DNA of 64,000 nt, taken from positions 1 through 64,000 of the forward strand of contig JAAILG010001329.1 of the NCBI GenBank assembly GCA_012026655.1, in the 5' to 3' direction. A program made the position numbers and the translations under genes. This stretch comes from Hydrolagus affinis. Lineage: Eukaryota. Below are positions 13,081-24,580 of the stretch, in pieces. Under the pieces are notes generated by a model. That model was not told the DNA's origin. It worked only from the letters and a program-made list of their open reading frames with translations, and ran no database searches. How positions within the stretch are numbered: position 1 is the stretch's first letter; each line of letters starts with the position of its first letter.

Positions 13081-13127
13081 AGTGTGAGTGTATGTGTGAG
13101 TGTGTGAGAGTGAGTGAGTGTGTGTGT
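13081..13127. repeat. Imperfect (GT/GA)n microsatellite
   Basis: agtgtgagtgtatgtgtgagtgtgtgagagtgagtgagtgtgtgtgt. Confidence 0.9.
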
Positions 13128-14389
13128 CTTTCACAGAGACTAAAAACCTGAGGCTGAAAGGTCATAGTGCGTTTTCCGATGTGTACAAGTATCTCTTAAT
13201 GGCCCCGATCCCAGAGTACCAGCGTACAGAAGCAGTCCTCGACAACGATAAGCCCTAACATTGAATCCAAATGACGAGTTTGATATTCAGTATATGTTGT
13301 TCAAGTCTCCATCTGAACATGAGTGGGAAGATCAAGCACAGGCTGAACCTTCCTTGGTCCAAGAACCTCCTGAAGTGGTGCAGTAATCAAGATGGTCAAC
13401 CATTTCCACCGACTCTCACAGTCGGGTTTGAGTGCAGATCCACGATTACAGTGATAAGGAGGTGGGACAGTGTAAACACCTGGCAGTGACGTCAATCACC
13501 ACATGGGAATATAAAATAATTTCCACAAATATGAAATCGGGCCCCAAGACAACACAAAAACAAGTGTAATTAATGAAGGGAGGCACCAGAGAGGAGGACC
13601 ATGGCAGGGTTGGCGTATTTCCCTATGGCAAATCGCTAATTTGCTGGGTTGTTTGGGGGAAGACAAACCAAAGCAAACATTAAATCTGTGTTACTCTTGG
13701 ATCTAGTTCCACTCCCAAGAATAACCAACAAAGAAATGGGAGCCAATACTGTACTTCCTTCCTTTAACAGGGTGTGCCTAATAAAAGGCGGAAGAAGACT
13801 AGATCTGTATCCAAAGCATTGTTCCTCCACTGTAAACTGCAAACGCAGCAAAACATCTGGGCTTAGAACCAATTAAGGAGAATTCTACACAAATTTCCAT
13901 GCAGATTGGACTTGTCTGAGATAAGATCCCTGGTTTGACAGGTTATCACTTCCAGTCTCCACTAAATACTTGGGTGTTTGATAAGACAAATCTGGTTTAA
14001 CACGAGTACAGATGTACTTTAAAAACTGTAAACTCTTTCAGCTTGAATTCTGAACAATGGATCTCTCTCTTCCTCCCCTCACCCCCAGGAGCATGCATGT
14101 GAAAAGATTAATGGGTATGTGGTATTTTAGATAGTGTTCACTTGGCTATATGACCAAGGTTCTATTTGGAACTGTTCCAGATTTTCTGATGAAGGCCAAC
14201 TTTATCCCTACCGAGAAAAGGCTGAACAGAACAATACATAAAATTTAGGTGTAAAGTAGGGTAAAGGTAAACCGGAAGAGGCCACAACAATTTGGCAAGC
14301 CGCGCAGTGTGTTGGCAAACTATCAAAAGATGTGGGGAGGTGGTCAGCCTCGATCTAGGCAAGGTTTGCGTCCATGGAATCCTGCACCG

Positions 14390-14672
14390 GAGTGGTTAGA
14401 GCACTCGCCTCGCAAGCCAGGGTTCATTTCTGTCAATTCTTCTTCTCCTTAAAAGGTCGGGGTGAAACCCAAGGCAAGTTGCCATCCCTTCAAAACAAGT
14501 AATAAATGTTTGGTCGCCCAATCAATCTACGATTGTTTGTGGGACACAGCTGTGCGCAATTGGCTGCCATATTCGCTCACAAAACATACAGTCGATTCAC
14601 TTTTCTGTCAATCGCTGAGATCTCTCGAAGACAAAAGACGCTGCTTCAAATACAACAATTATTATTATTATC
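14390..14672 (+). mobile_element. Deu-type SINE, diverged
   Basis: gtggttagagcactcgcctcgcaag head; gtttgtgggacacagctgtgcgcaattggctgcc core; (TAT)n tail. Confidence 0.88.
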
Positions 14673-17600
14673 ATCATCATCCATTCAACCCATTCCCAAA
14701 GGGCAGCATTGGAGTTTTTTCCCCCTCACAAATCCAGACAAACCATTATCGTTTATCACCTATAATTACTCACACCACTTTCATTAAGTCAAATAAACTC
14801 GAGCAGATGGATGCAACATTGATATGACTGTTAACACATACATCATTTATCAAGACTCATTGAATTCCTAAGTAAAAATTCAAGCTCTTTCCTTTTTTTT
14901 GTTCTTTTTCCTTCAAATAACCATAATCTTCTGCGATAATGAAACTTTAGCTTAAACAGAGCAAAATACTATACACATGCCACAAATCATTATTATACAC
15001 TCATTACTATTTGTTCCACGTAGACTTAATAGGCTTTTATTTGGTTAGTAATCTGGCAAAAACCAGCAAATTACATTGTTACTGTATTTAATAGGATGAG
15101 GAAGGACATTTATGCATTCTGATAAATTTATTTTATATCAATCAAACTTATCCTCTTAAGTCCCTTTTATTTCATGCACATTTTTGCCTCATTTTCCAGA
15201 AGGACCAGCTTTCACATCAAATCCAAGGAATTTTAATGCTAATGCACTCAGCAACGTAATAATTCCCTTACAATTATGGCTGTCTGCTTTTGTCTGCTAC
15301 AGAATTTGAACAATTTCATTCTGTGACAACATCCCACATGTTAATCAAAGCTTCCAGTTGCTTGGCAAGAAGTGATATTTACAAGATGCATATTAGCTTA
15401 TCCTTGAAATTTTACAGTGCGCTGAAGAGGAACAATTTGCTATTTTTAATTGTCTGCCGCGTTTTGCTCACAAAATTCAGTTAAAAAAATCACTTTATAG
15501 TATTTTCTGTGTGAGCGCTTTGAGACGTCAAATGCCAGGATTATTATTATTATTTTCGTCTCTCTTAGAGCACCCAAATCAGTGTAAATGTTAAACAGCT
15601 TGGCTTTCTTGGGAGGCCAATTTCTGCTTGGGGGGTTTTTCCATGAGAAACAAATGTTCAGATAGAATGACAGCAAAATATCACAATTGTACCAGTAATC
15701 TCCCCCCCATCTCCCGCCCCCCACCCACCACCACCCCCCCACCTCTGACCATTTGCTATTGCCAACATGTGAAATCGGAGAAAGTTTGCAAGAAAGGTAT
15801 GGCAGTGAAACCAGAGCAAATTTGAAATCAGCCATTAGGATACATGCAAATAGCTCTGCGGGCTGTTCTTGATAGCTTTCCTTTGCTGTCGGTCTCTGGA
15901 GCTATCATCAGGTATGAGCATGGTTGTTCAGTAAAGGCTATATGGTCCTATATCATATTATATAATAAGCTTTATTTTTTTTAAAAGCTAGCACCAGAAA
16001 AGAGGCAATTTCCTGAATAGCCATCTCTTCTGCTATAGTTTCCATGATTCTTTCTACGAAGTAACAAACGTTGATCATTTGAATCTTTTTTTAAAATTCA
16101 ATCTACCTATAACTTTGTTCAAAGGGCTCAATTAGAATAGATCAGAGCACTGAAACACCTTACTGTAACCAAGACAGCTAAGGGGCTAAAATGTAGAAAC
16201 AGCAAAAGTAGAAACTTCAATTTTTGTGATTACATTGAAATGATAATGGAAAAATTATTAAATGGTCAATTTGGGGATAAATCTTCTGAAATCAGTGTCC
16301 AAACAAATGCACATAAGGATAGTGGGCCAGGACTGCCGCCTCAACAATTTTGCTGTGATTATAGCGATTATAACGACTTGCGTCCTTCGCAACACTCGCC
16401 CAGTTTCCCTTTTCTTCCAAAAAAAACACATGAAGTTTAAAACGCTTTTTTAGCAATTTTACACAATCACTTCAAGCTCTGCGTGAATCAAGTTGACGAA
16501 AGGGTCACAAACACCCTGGAAATGTTTTTTCTCCTTTATTACACACTTGGCTAAGCTGGTGGATGGCAAAGCCAACACAAGACAATAAAAGTCACAATGA
16601 TTGGGAGGTGGGCGGTGGATAGCGCTGTCTCTGTGTGGCAAAAAAAACACATTGATGGAACACTGCACTCTAAGCCTTTCTGGCTGCAATACTTGGCTTC
16701 AAACCAACGAGGAAACTTTCTCATCTGCTTTAATGCAGTCAACGTGAAAAATAGATTGCTGCCTAGGAACAAAATATCACATTTCAGCTTTGAATGAAGC
16801 GGCTGCGAAAGTTCTATTCATCAGGAGACAGTTCAGTTTAAAATATTTACATTCTCTTACCAGTTGAGAAAAACTCGAAAAGTACTGTAAACCGAATCGT
16901 CGGCTGACTTCATTAAACTGATGGAAGATGAATCATTATCTCTACGTTTCCAGCCCCCCCCCCCCCAAGCTAAATTCTAGACACCTTCACAGTTCCCATT
17001 GTGCTCCATCACTCACTTCCTCATTGTGCCAGCAAGTATGAAACCTGAGAAGGTTTGTGAGCAAACCAAGTATGTAAATCAACAGCAAACAGGATACTGG
17101 TGGCATATCACCTGATCCTTATTCTGATGAAATCATACTGAAATGCAATCGGGAAATAGAGATACTCTGGTCATTTATCGTAGCTCTGCAGGAGAAATGT
17201 AGTATTTCTCCTCCCCGCCCCCGCTCTCTAAATTGCCATATAAATAGACAAGCGAGATTATTATTCAATCCTGGAAAAATGCTGCAAAAGATTATACAAG
17301 TATGCTAAGCGGGTAAGCAGAACGACAGACACTTTCACTACCGCGCTCCGTGTGGGAAGTTTGTACATTCTTAACTTCCACTTTCTGTTAACATTCTGCC
17401 ACTACTTGCTGTAATCACATTTGTGAACTAAACACTCTGGACCAAAATGCATGTACGTACAAAACACCACACTGCAGAAATGCTAAGAAATCAACTTACT
17501 TTATAATGGTCAGTGACCTTCAGGGAAGGTCAAACCAAATCTGAATTAAAATACCATACAGTCCCTATGTTCCATAGCCTTAATGTAAAGATATGAACCA

Positions 17601-18073
17601 AGTTTGATCTCATGAATAGCTCCCTTCCAAAACAAGAATATGACTATTTTAAGAGATTGCATCAATTACCTGTCTAAATTAACCTGTATATCTCTGTTTT
17701 TAAGCGCAGCTGCATAATTTTAAAAAAAACTATTTAGAAACTTATTTGCATTTATATCTTTCGTAATAAAGGTAAAACAGGAAGGTCCACAGTAATCTGA
17801 GACAGTTTTGGAGGCATGAAGACATCTTCAACACTGAAAACCAAATGATACAGCGTAGGATAGTCCTGGATGGAAAGTACCGTGAGGCGGGGTTACGTAT
17901 TTCACTTGGGTTAATAAAAACATAGGAATTGGGTTAATAAAATAAGATAATTGTGAATTTAGCTGCATTCTTAGAAGCTGGTTACAGGGTGTCACTGACT
18001 ACGGCCAGATCCAGTTTACCTGCTAGCCGTTTTGGCTGGTCAGTGCTCAACGGAAGATAATAAAGATTAGGAA

Positions 18074-18250
18074 ATAAGAACATAAGAAATGCCAGACGAA
18101 AAAAGACCCAAGGTCCATCTCGTTTGCTTTCCGCCTTCCTTCTGCTGAAGGAATAATTAAATGCTTCCCCACCTGTACACAAGTCTGAATGAAACCTACC
18201 CCATTCTCTTAATTGGTACTTTTGGAAAGCGTTCCACACAAATCCAACTG
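18074..18250 (-). mobile_element. CR1-type LINE 3' end, degenerate
   Basis: taagaacataagaa terminal repeat on + followed by aaaagacccaaggtccatc, a typical reverse-oriented CR1 terminus. Confidence 0.55.
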
Positions 18251-19550
18251 TTCTTTATGCGTTTGACAAAATAAAAGTTACGCAACTATAAAACTACTCA
18301 TCTCGGGTGAACTCTGCTACAGTAACATCAAGCCTGTGCAAAGGAAACCAACCACTCCGAACATAAGGAGTAATTAGCACCTGGAATAGAAGCCGCTGCG
18401 GAGGAGCCAGAATGAAAATGATTAGGCAGCAAGCAGTAACAAGGCAGGCGCACAGCTGCTATATATGGTCAAGTGAAGAAAGCTGCCAAACCGTCAGAAT
18501 CCAGCTACAAAAAATAATTATCTTCAGAAGGTTCACCAGCAACAAAACACTGGGTGACCCCCAATCACCCATGTCGTTCACAGAAATCTTTTTAATACCT
18601 GATCGAGCAAAACCAAACTGGCAGCACGCCAAAGGCACGATGATAATCGGTCCCCCCCCCCCCACCCCCACCAAAAAAAAATATCACCTGAAGTTGAGGA
18701 GGGGCTGGCCATCTCAAGGCAATAAGAAAAAAAATCAAGGAGATAAACAGCAAAGATAAATGCCAGGATAAATAAATGAATGTCTGCGGTCCTTTCCTCC
18801 GCCCAAGTCGTATTCTCGGCTGCTCTTGAAGCAATTTCAAGGAGACTTTGGTACAGTCAATACATACAAATGCAAACGTCTGTAATTAAGATAAAATATC
18901 ACACCCTGGAACCTCTTGAGCTGCACACTACACTGTGTGAGTTACGTTCGCCTCTCTGGCTGAACCACGTCATCTGATCTGCAACAGCAACACCTGACAC
19001 ACATCAATGAGCTGATTTACATTCTTAGGACGAATTTGGATAAGGGACGGATATTGGTCTCTACGCCAGCAGGAGACTCCCTGCCCTACTTTATACTTAT
19101 GTCTTGGAATCTTTACTGTCCACCTCAATCACGGGAAGGACCGAGGGGGGGGGGGCTTTCGGTTTAACACCTCGCCCGCCTGTCTGCTCCTGGGAACGCT
19201 GATATGAAAGAATAGCCAACTCATTTATTTCGATGCTCGTTTGAAATCTGCTAAGAAAGAGCAAGTGTTTAAATCGCTCCAAGGTTAGCCAAAGTAGAAG
19301 AGCCTGGCGAGATAGTGACTGACATGTTAATTGACCACTGCAGCAAATTTGTTGGTCCTGTCTCCCTCCCGCTCACTACCCACCACCCCCCCCACCCCCA
19401 ACCTGATCTTGTTCACTCTTAACCTTGGCGTTTCTACGATATTTGAGTTTCACTCCTTCGAGTTTCTTAATTTTTATTTAAAAAAATTCCTCATGAGCTG
19501 ATATCTCAGAATCAGGTAAATAATTAGGGATATTACAAAATAAAGGGATT

Positions 19551-19632
19551 GGGGGTGGTGGGGGGGTGGGGTGTGTGGGGGTGGGGGGTGGGGTGTGTGG
19601 AGGTGGGGGGGGGTGTGTGGGGGTGGAGGGGG
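19551..19632 (+). repeat. G-rich (GGGGT/GT) tract with G-quadruplex potential
   Basis: Many runs of four or more G separated by short T/GT linkers. Confidence 0.85.
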
Positions 19633-20075
19633 TAAACGCAGCCGACACAACGGCCTCCCTGAGCCCACACAGAATAAACAGTGGTGGGTTCAATTGTAAT
19701 CAGTTTTAGTAAAGATGATCTCAATCAACGCAACAATCGGGTTTGAGAACATTGCCACGGAAACCACTGGGTTTGCGAGAGAAACGATAGCAGAACCCTC
19801 GTCATTCCGATTGAACATAAAAAATGTGGCTATCAGGGGCAAGATTAGAATCAAAGACAGCCCTCACCACTGTGTACTCTGTAGACACTCAACAGTCTAG
19901 TCTCACATACAAAGAACGGTCATTTAGACAAACTAGCAGAAAATAAACGCCAGTCAAACACAATTCGATGCTTTCAGGACAAGAGGCATATTTCAATTAT
20001 TTTTTACCAAAGCGCAGGAATGCAAAACAGTCCAAGATGTAATGGTAAAGGAAAAATGAACTGACGTTTTTTTTA

Positions 20076-20166
20076 ATCACTTCACAGTATATTCTGCGAA
20101 GTGCTTTGAGGGACGTCTAGAAGACGTGAAAAGCGCTATATCAGATGCAAGGATTATTATTATTAT
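20076..20166 (+). mobile_element. SINE 3' tail
   Basis: acagtatattctgcgaagtgctttgagggacgtctagaagacgtgaaaagcgctatatcagatgcaaggattattat. Confidence 0.9.
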
Positions 20167-20444
20167 GTGGAAACATCTCAAATACAATAGTCCAGTGTAG
20201 CAACACTTTGCGTAGACAAACACAAACTAACCAGAAAAATCCCACCGAACATTTATAAAGAAGATTATTATTATTATTAGGTGCTCAATTCACCTGAAAG
20301 TCACCAGGAAATACTCACTCACTTCTCTTTCAAGAGAGGGTCAAACAATATTGGCAGCTCGTTAACACCCAGTGGAGCAAGTCTTCGTTTTGCCGAGGAG
20401 CGTTATATAAATGCAAGTTTTTATTCCTTGAGCCTTGCCCAAAG

Positions 20445-20580
20445 GACACCCACACCCGACAGTATTTAGCGCTCCCCAGAACTGCACTGAAATGTCAGCC
20501 TATTAGCTCCAAGTGCCGTGGGCTTGAAACCACAATCTCTGACTCAGAGATGAAAGTGCGGCCGAATGAGTCAGGGTGAC
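20445..20580 (-). mobile_element. SacSINE1-like (shark DeuSINE) 5' head fragment
   Basis: Minus strand reads ctctgagtcagagattgtggtttcaagcccac...aggctgacatttcagtgcagttctgggagcgct...ctgtcgg, resembling the shark SINE head from recall. Distinct from the dominant SINE. Confidence 0.55.
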
Positions 20581-22198
20581 AGGTAGTTGTATAAGTACTG
20601 GATCACAGAATACAACAAAAGAACTGCAATAGCAGGGAAGATGCAGTAAAGTGGGTCACTTGTAATACCGGCCGGGTTTAATAGGAGGGAGAAGTTGCCT
20701 GGAGGCTAAGTAGCTGCTGATACTGGAGGAAATCCTGGATTATCAATTAGTGCAAGCAATACACAGTGAAGGATATCCAGGTTAACAATAGCAGTAAAAT
20801 TAAGAGCAGGTGACAGTAGATGTGTGTAGATACAAAGATGATTAAACCTCAATACAGCTTAAACTATGTGCACTGACTACAAGCTACCTCGCTTGCCCCC
20901 CCTTCTGAACTGAAATGTATACTCACTCAATGTGCTAATTACATGCATTTAATGAGTCAAGGCAAACGTTCTGTGGTGTCAGAGACAGTATATTTCTCAA
21001 ATTCTATTGAAACATTCCTCAGGATTCACGGGCGTAAGCGTAAGTTCAATGATTTCAGAAGCCAGAAAAAGACTTCAACATTTTTAAAGAGTCAAAATAC
21101 AATTTCCTTCCTGCCTCACTGAGCAAAGGTATCTGTTCCAACGTCATTATGCCTCGGGTTAAATTCAGAACAAATTTCAATCCAGCACTGAGCTAACGAT
21201 CTTTCCTATTCTAATTACTGTATTATGAAAGCTCAAATGTACAAGATTTTTTTTTAAAATGCTAACGTTTTTCATGCCAACTGTTTCCAGCAAAAAGCAA
21301 CGGCTCCCGATCTCTCTATTTGCAATTTATTAGAGGTTACTTACCTCCTGCTGAAATCATATCTTAAAACACACTAATGCAGTACACATTAATTTGATTT
21401 CACAATGCAATCGATACTGCCAGCCAGCTCAGGAATTGAAGTTACCTCTACAACATGGGAACAATCCATTCATCGATACATAGGCATCTGAAATCCCCCC
21501 TGACAGCTACGTTATGTAATCAACAATTAAGCTTCTGGAGGGTGGGGGGGTGGGGGGGGGAGGGGATTTATTTTTCTATGTTCTTTTTCATTCACGTCTG
21601 TGACCACGATCCATTCTCGAGCCAATTTACAGCCTCTCCCGATCCACTCCTTCACTCCAGTGCTCTCTTTGTTAAACAGCACTGCGTTGAGCTGAGCTAC
21701 AATTCGCCAGACAAAGAAAACCACAAAAATTAGGCAAAAAGAAATGCTAAAATGAGTGAGGGACTGTAAAAATATACATGCTTTTCAGACGACCTAAAGA
21801 AATCAGACCTGCGTCGCTTCCAAACACATTGTTCCATCACCTAAAATTGGATTGCATTGCTCACTCTCCCCCCACCCCCACCCCAGCCCAGCCCCTCCCC
21901 TCCAGCTGTGACTATAACAAACACACATCAACAGGGCTGGTTTGGATAAGACAGCAAGAACACTCACTCGGCTCTCATCCTTTCCCTGCCACACAAATCA
22001 ATCAATCCTGCAGCGCAGCTCGAACCCAGACCTCTGCCAGCCCCGCTCCGCATCCGAGACGCTGGGATCTACAGCGATCTTCGCAAAACTGTCTTAATTG
22101 CAACCCGCCTGCGAACCGCAATAATAACCAGCCATTTTGTTTCTCGTGTACACACCAGACACATTTGTCCCCTCTCTCTCACTCACTCATTAGCATAC

Positions 22199-23100
22199 CG
22201 TTGTCTAATTTAAGCAGAAAGCTGCTTAGCGAGGCACGTGCTGGAAATGAAGATGCCATCATGGGAGGAAGTTTTGCATATACTGCACCGCCGGCATTCG
22301 ATCCACAGGTCCACAGCAGCAATTCCAGTCTCTCCCTCTCTCCCCCTCTCTCCCCCGTCTTTCACGTCTTCAATCTTTTTTCCTCCTACCTACAGATTTC
22401 TAATCTCTCCGTCCGTCAGTATTTGTAGCCCTTCTCCTTTTTACACTGATTTTTTTTTTAATGATTGAAAAAATATTAAAACGATCCGCTCAGCCTATTT
22501 CATTCATTTCCAGCGTAATCTGCGAATTTCTTTTCTCTCTTTTTGCAATGCAGGTGTCACATCCTCGTTTGTCTGCAACTGATTTCTTGCTTTCCAAACT
22601 TGTCCTCCTCTACGCAGCCCCCTACCTCTCTCCCCTAGTCCTCCCTCCTCGGTATTTTCTCATCACCATGGTCTCCTGGTTTCCGATACACAGACAAATA
22701 TGATCCCAGCACAAAGCTGTAGCAGAATCCAACCCCTCTGCAGTCTCCCTAGCAGCAAACTGCTCCCGATAAAGAATGCGACTACACCACCCACCTTTGT
22801 TCCACACTCACGATGAAAGTTACACACATGGCATTGGAGAATCCACTGCAGCATTTTCAGCAGAAGACAAAAGAGCTGGCTAAACGGTGCCACGGCAGAA
22901 CAAACAGAACAAAGCAGCAAAGGCTCTCCTCTCCAGCCATTTACCGCAGTCCTCATGCACACAGTCAGTCCACCGCTTTCAACACCACCAGGTGTCTGCG
23001 TAAAACCTTGCAGCTGCAGAGGGTGGGGGCGGAGGGGGGGTGGAGGGGGGGGGTGGGGGGGACAGCACTCGTATCTTTACGCCAAAACAACCCACTTCCT
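22199..23100 (-). promoter_or_regulatory. Candidate alternative promoter/first exon
   Basis: TE-free, GC/CpG-richer zone with purine-rich leader-like sequence on the minus strand. Donor AACG|gtatgc at 22199; ATGATGG at 22262 opens MMASSFPARASLSSFLLKLDN up to the donor. Confidence 0.4.
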
Positions 23101-23390
23101 TCACACTCCACTTAACCCTTTAGGATATAACCAAACCAGAAGACGACAACCCTTTTTTTTTCTTTGCTTGAGGCTGTATTTTCGCACTGGAGAATCGTAT
23201 GCTTGTTATTTCTGGTGTGATCACACGATTTGCAATTTGCAATAAAACACATAATGTATTATTGTAAAAAAAGAAAAAAGAAATAATCTAAACTCCCCCC
23301 CCCACTATCCCCCCCAACCCCCTCATTTTGCTTCCCTCGACAGAGTTCAATTCCCAATGTGACCAATTGAATGAGATAACCTGATTTATA

Positions 23391-23520
23391 ATAATCCTTG
23401 CGTTGATATAGCTGGCGCCTTATGGCGTAGTAGAGACATCCCAAAGCGATTCACAAAACACACTGTAAAATATACAACTGTATATTATGTGGGTGAACGC
23501 GGCAGCCATTATTATACACG
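23391..23520 (-). mobile_element. Deu-type SINE 3' half
   Basis: ataatccttgcgttgatatagc...caaagcgattcaca...gtgggtgaacgcggcagcca. Confidence 0.82.
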
Positions 23521-23809
23521 CAGCAGCCAGAAGCACTCAGAATCGTTGACCAGTTTTAATTCGGGGGATTCCTCGGCCTCAAATGCTCAAAGTACACATT
23601 CAAATTTACAATTCATTATCGATTTCACCTCTTAATTCTGTGGCCACCCGCCTTCAATACTCACCCGTGTTCCAATCACAGGCTTCCCATTAAAGGATGG
23701 TAAACTTTTAAGCACTGTAGGTGTTTGAGATGTAAAAGGGAATTGACAAGAGTGGATTGGGATCTTCCCTATGATTTCTGAATCCAGAACCAGAGGGAAT
23801 AATAATAAT

Positions 23810-23910
23810 ATATAGGCTGCGCTGAGTTACAAATCAGCCACGAATTATGAAGAAGGCAGAGCAGACCCAATTGGCTTCCAAATGGCCTACTCCAGTTTCT
23901 ATGATCCTGA
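23810..23910 (+). mobile_element. CR1 (HER1-like) 3' end, degenerate
   Basis: aatcagccacg...gcagagcagac...aatggcctactccagtttctatg, the reverse complement of the motif at 61485-61570. Confidence 0.6.
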
Positions 23911-23984
23911 ATGTCAGGATGGAGATCAGAATATACACCCTATTTTTCCATTGCATAGATTAGAGATCCAATATTCTGTGTCAT

Positions 23985-24030
23985 TGACGTGAAAGGAGCT
24001 CTTATAAATGTCACTTTGTTGTTGTTGTTG
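23985..24030 (+). mobile_element. L2 3' tail fragment
   Basis: gacgtgaaaggagctcttataaatgtcactttgttgttgttg. Confidence 0.75.
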
Positions 24031-24415
24031 CCATCGTTAAATGCAATGGTTTTTGATTTATTATGTACACATGACACAGAATTCTAACCGGGAAATACAT
24101 GTAGCCAGCGTTTAATGTTTTTGTAGCCTTGTTACTGGAATAAATGTTTTTCAAATGAAGCTCAGACGCAGCTAAGAATAAGCATTGCCCAAGTAATAAT
24201 TTGGGTTTTCCTAAGGGCAAACGGTTTACCGCGAGTATTTATCCATTAAAGGCACTATGCAAAGTCAGACTTCCTCATTGCAGTACGTAGTTGTGGGGAA
24301 AAAAAAGTTATTCTGCTCAGCGGTTTACAGTCACACTGTATCAGCAACTCAAACCTTGGTTCGGAAATCTCAAGGACGCACAGCCCAACAAGTGCGTCCT
24401 TGAGAGTAGATTTCC

Positions 24416-24459
24416 GCACACATTTTAAATACTTTAGGCACACATTTTAAATACTTTAG
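24416..24459. repeat. Perfect 22-bp tandem duplication
   Basis: gcacacattttaaatactttag x2. Confidence 0.95.
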
Positions 24460-24474
24460 ACATTCCATTCTAGG

Positions 24475-24580
24475 AATAATAATAATAATCATCCTTGCAT
24501 TGGATATAGCTTTTCGTGCCTTCTAGACGTCTCAGAGCCCGTCACTGAATGAATACTCTGCAAAGTGAACTGCCTGTATA
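24475..24580 (-). mobile_element. SINE 3' tail
   Basis: (AAT)n catccttgcattggatatagc...ttctagacgtctca. Confidence 0.82.

Noticed and set aside
13198-13390. Protein-looking short + strand frames (MAPIPEYQRTEAVLDNDKP; NDEFDIQYMLFKSPSEHEW...)
   Set aside because: Interrupted by stops, no splice support, no family recognised.
14185-14230. Possible hammerhead core ctgatgaaggcc...aggctgaac (also ctgatga at about 17124 and 39374)
   Set aside because: GAAA is missing or stem II is unpaired, and no stems I/III could be built.
21778-22428. 216-aa + strand ORF
   Set aside because: Low-complexity P/S/L-rich translation of C-rich sequence, antisense to the inferred gene; no recognisable motif.
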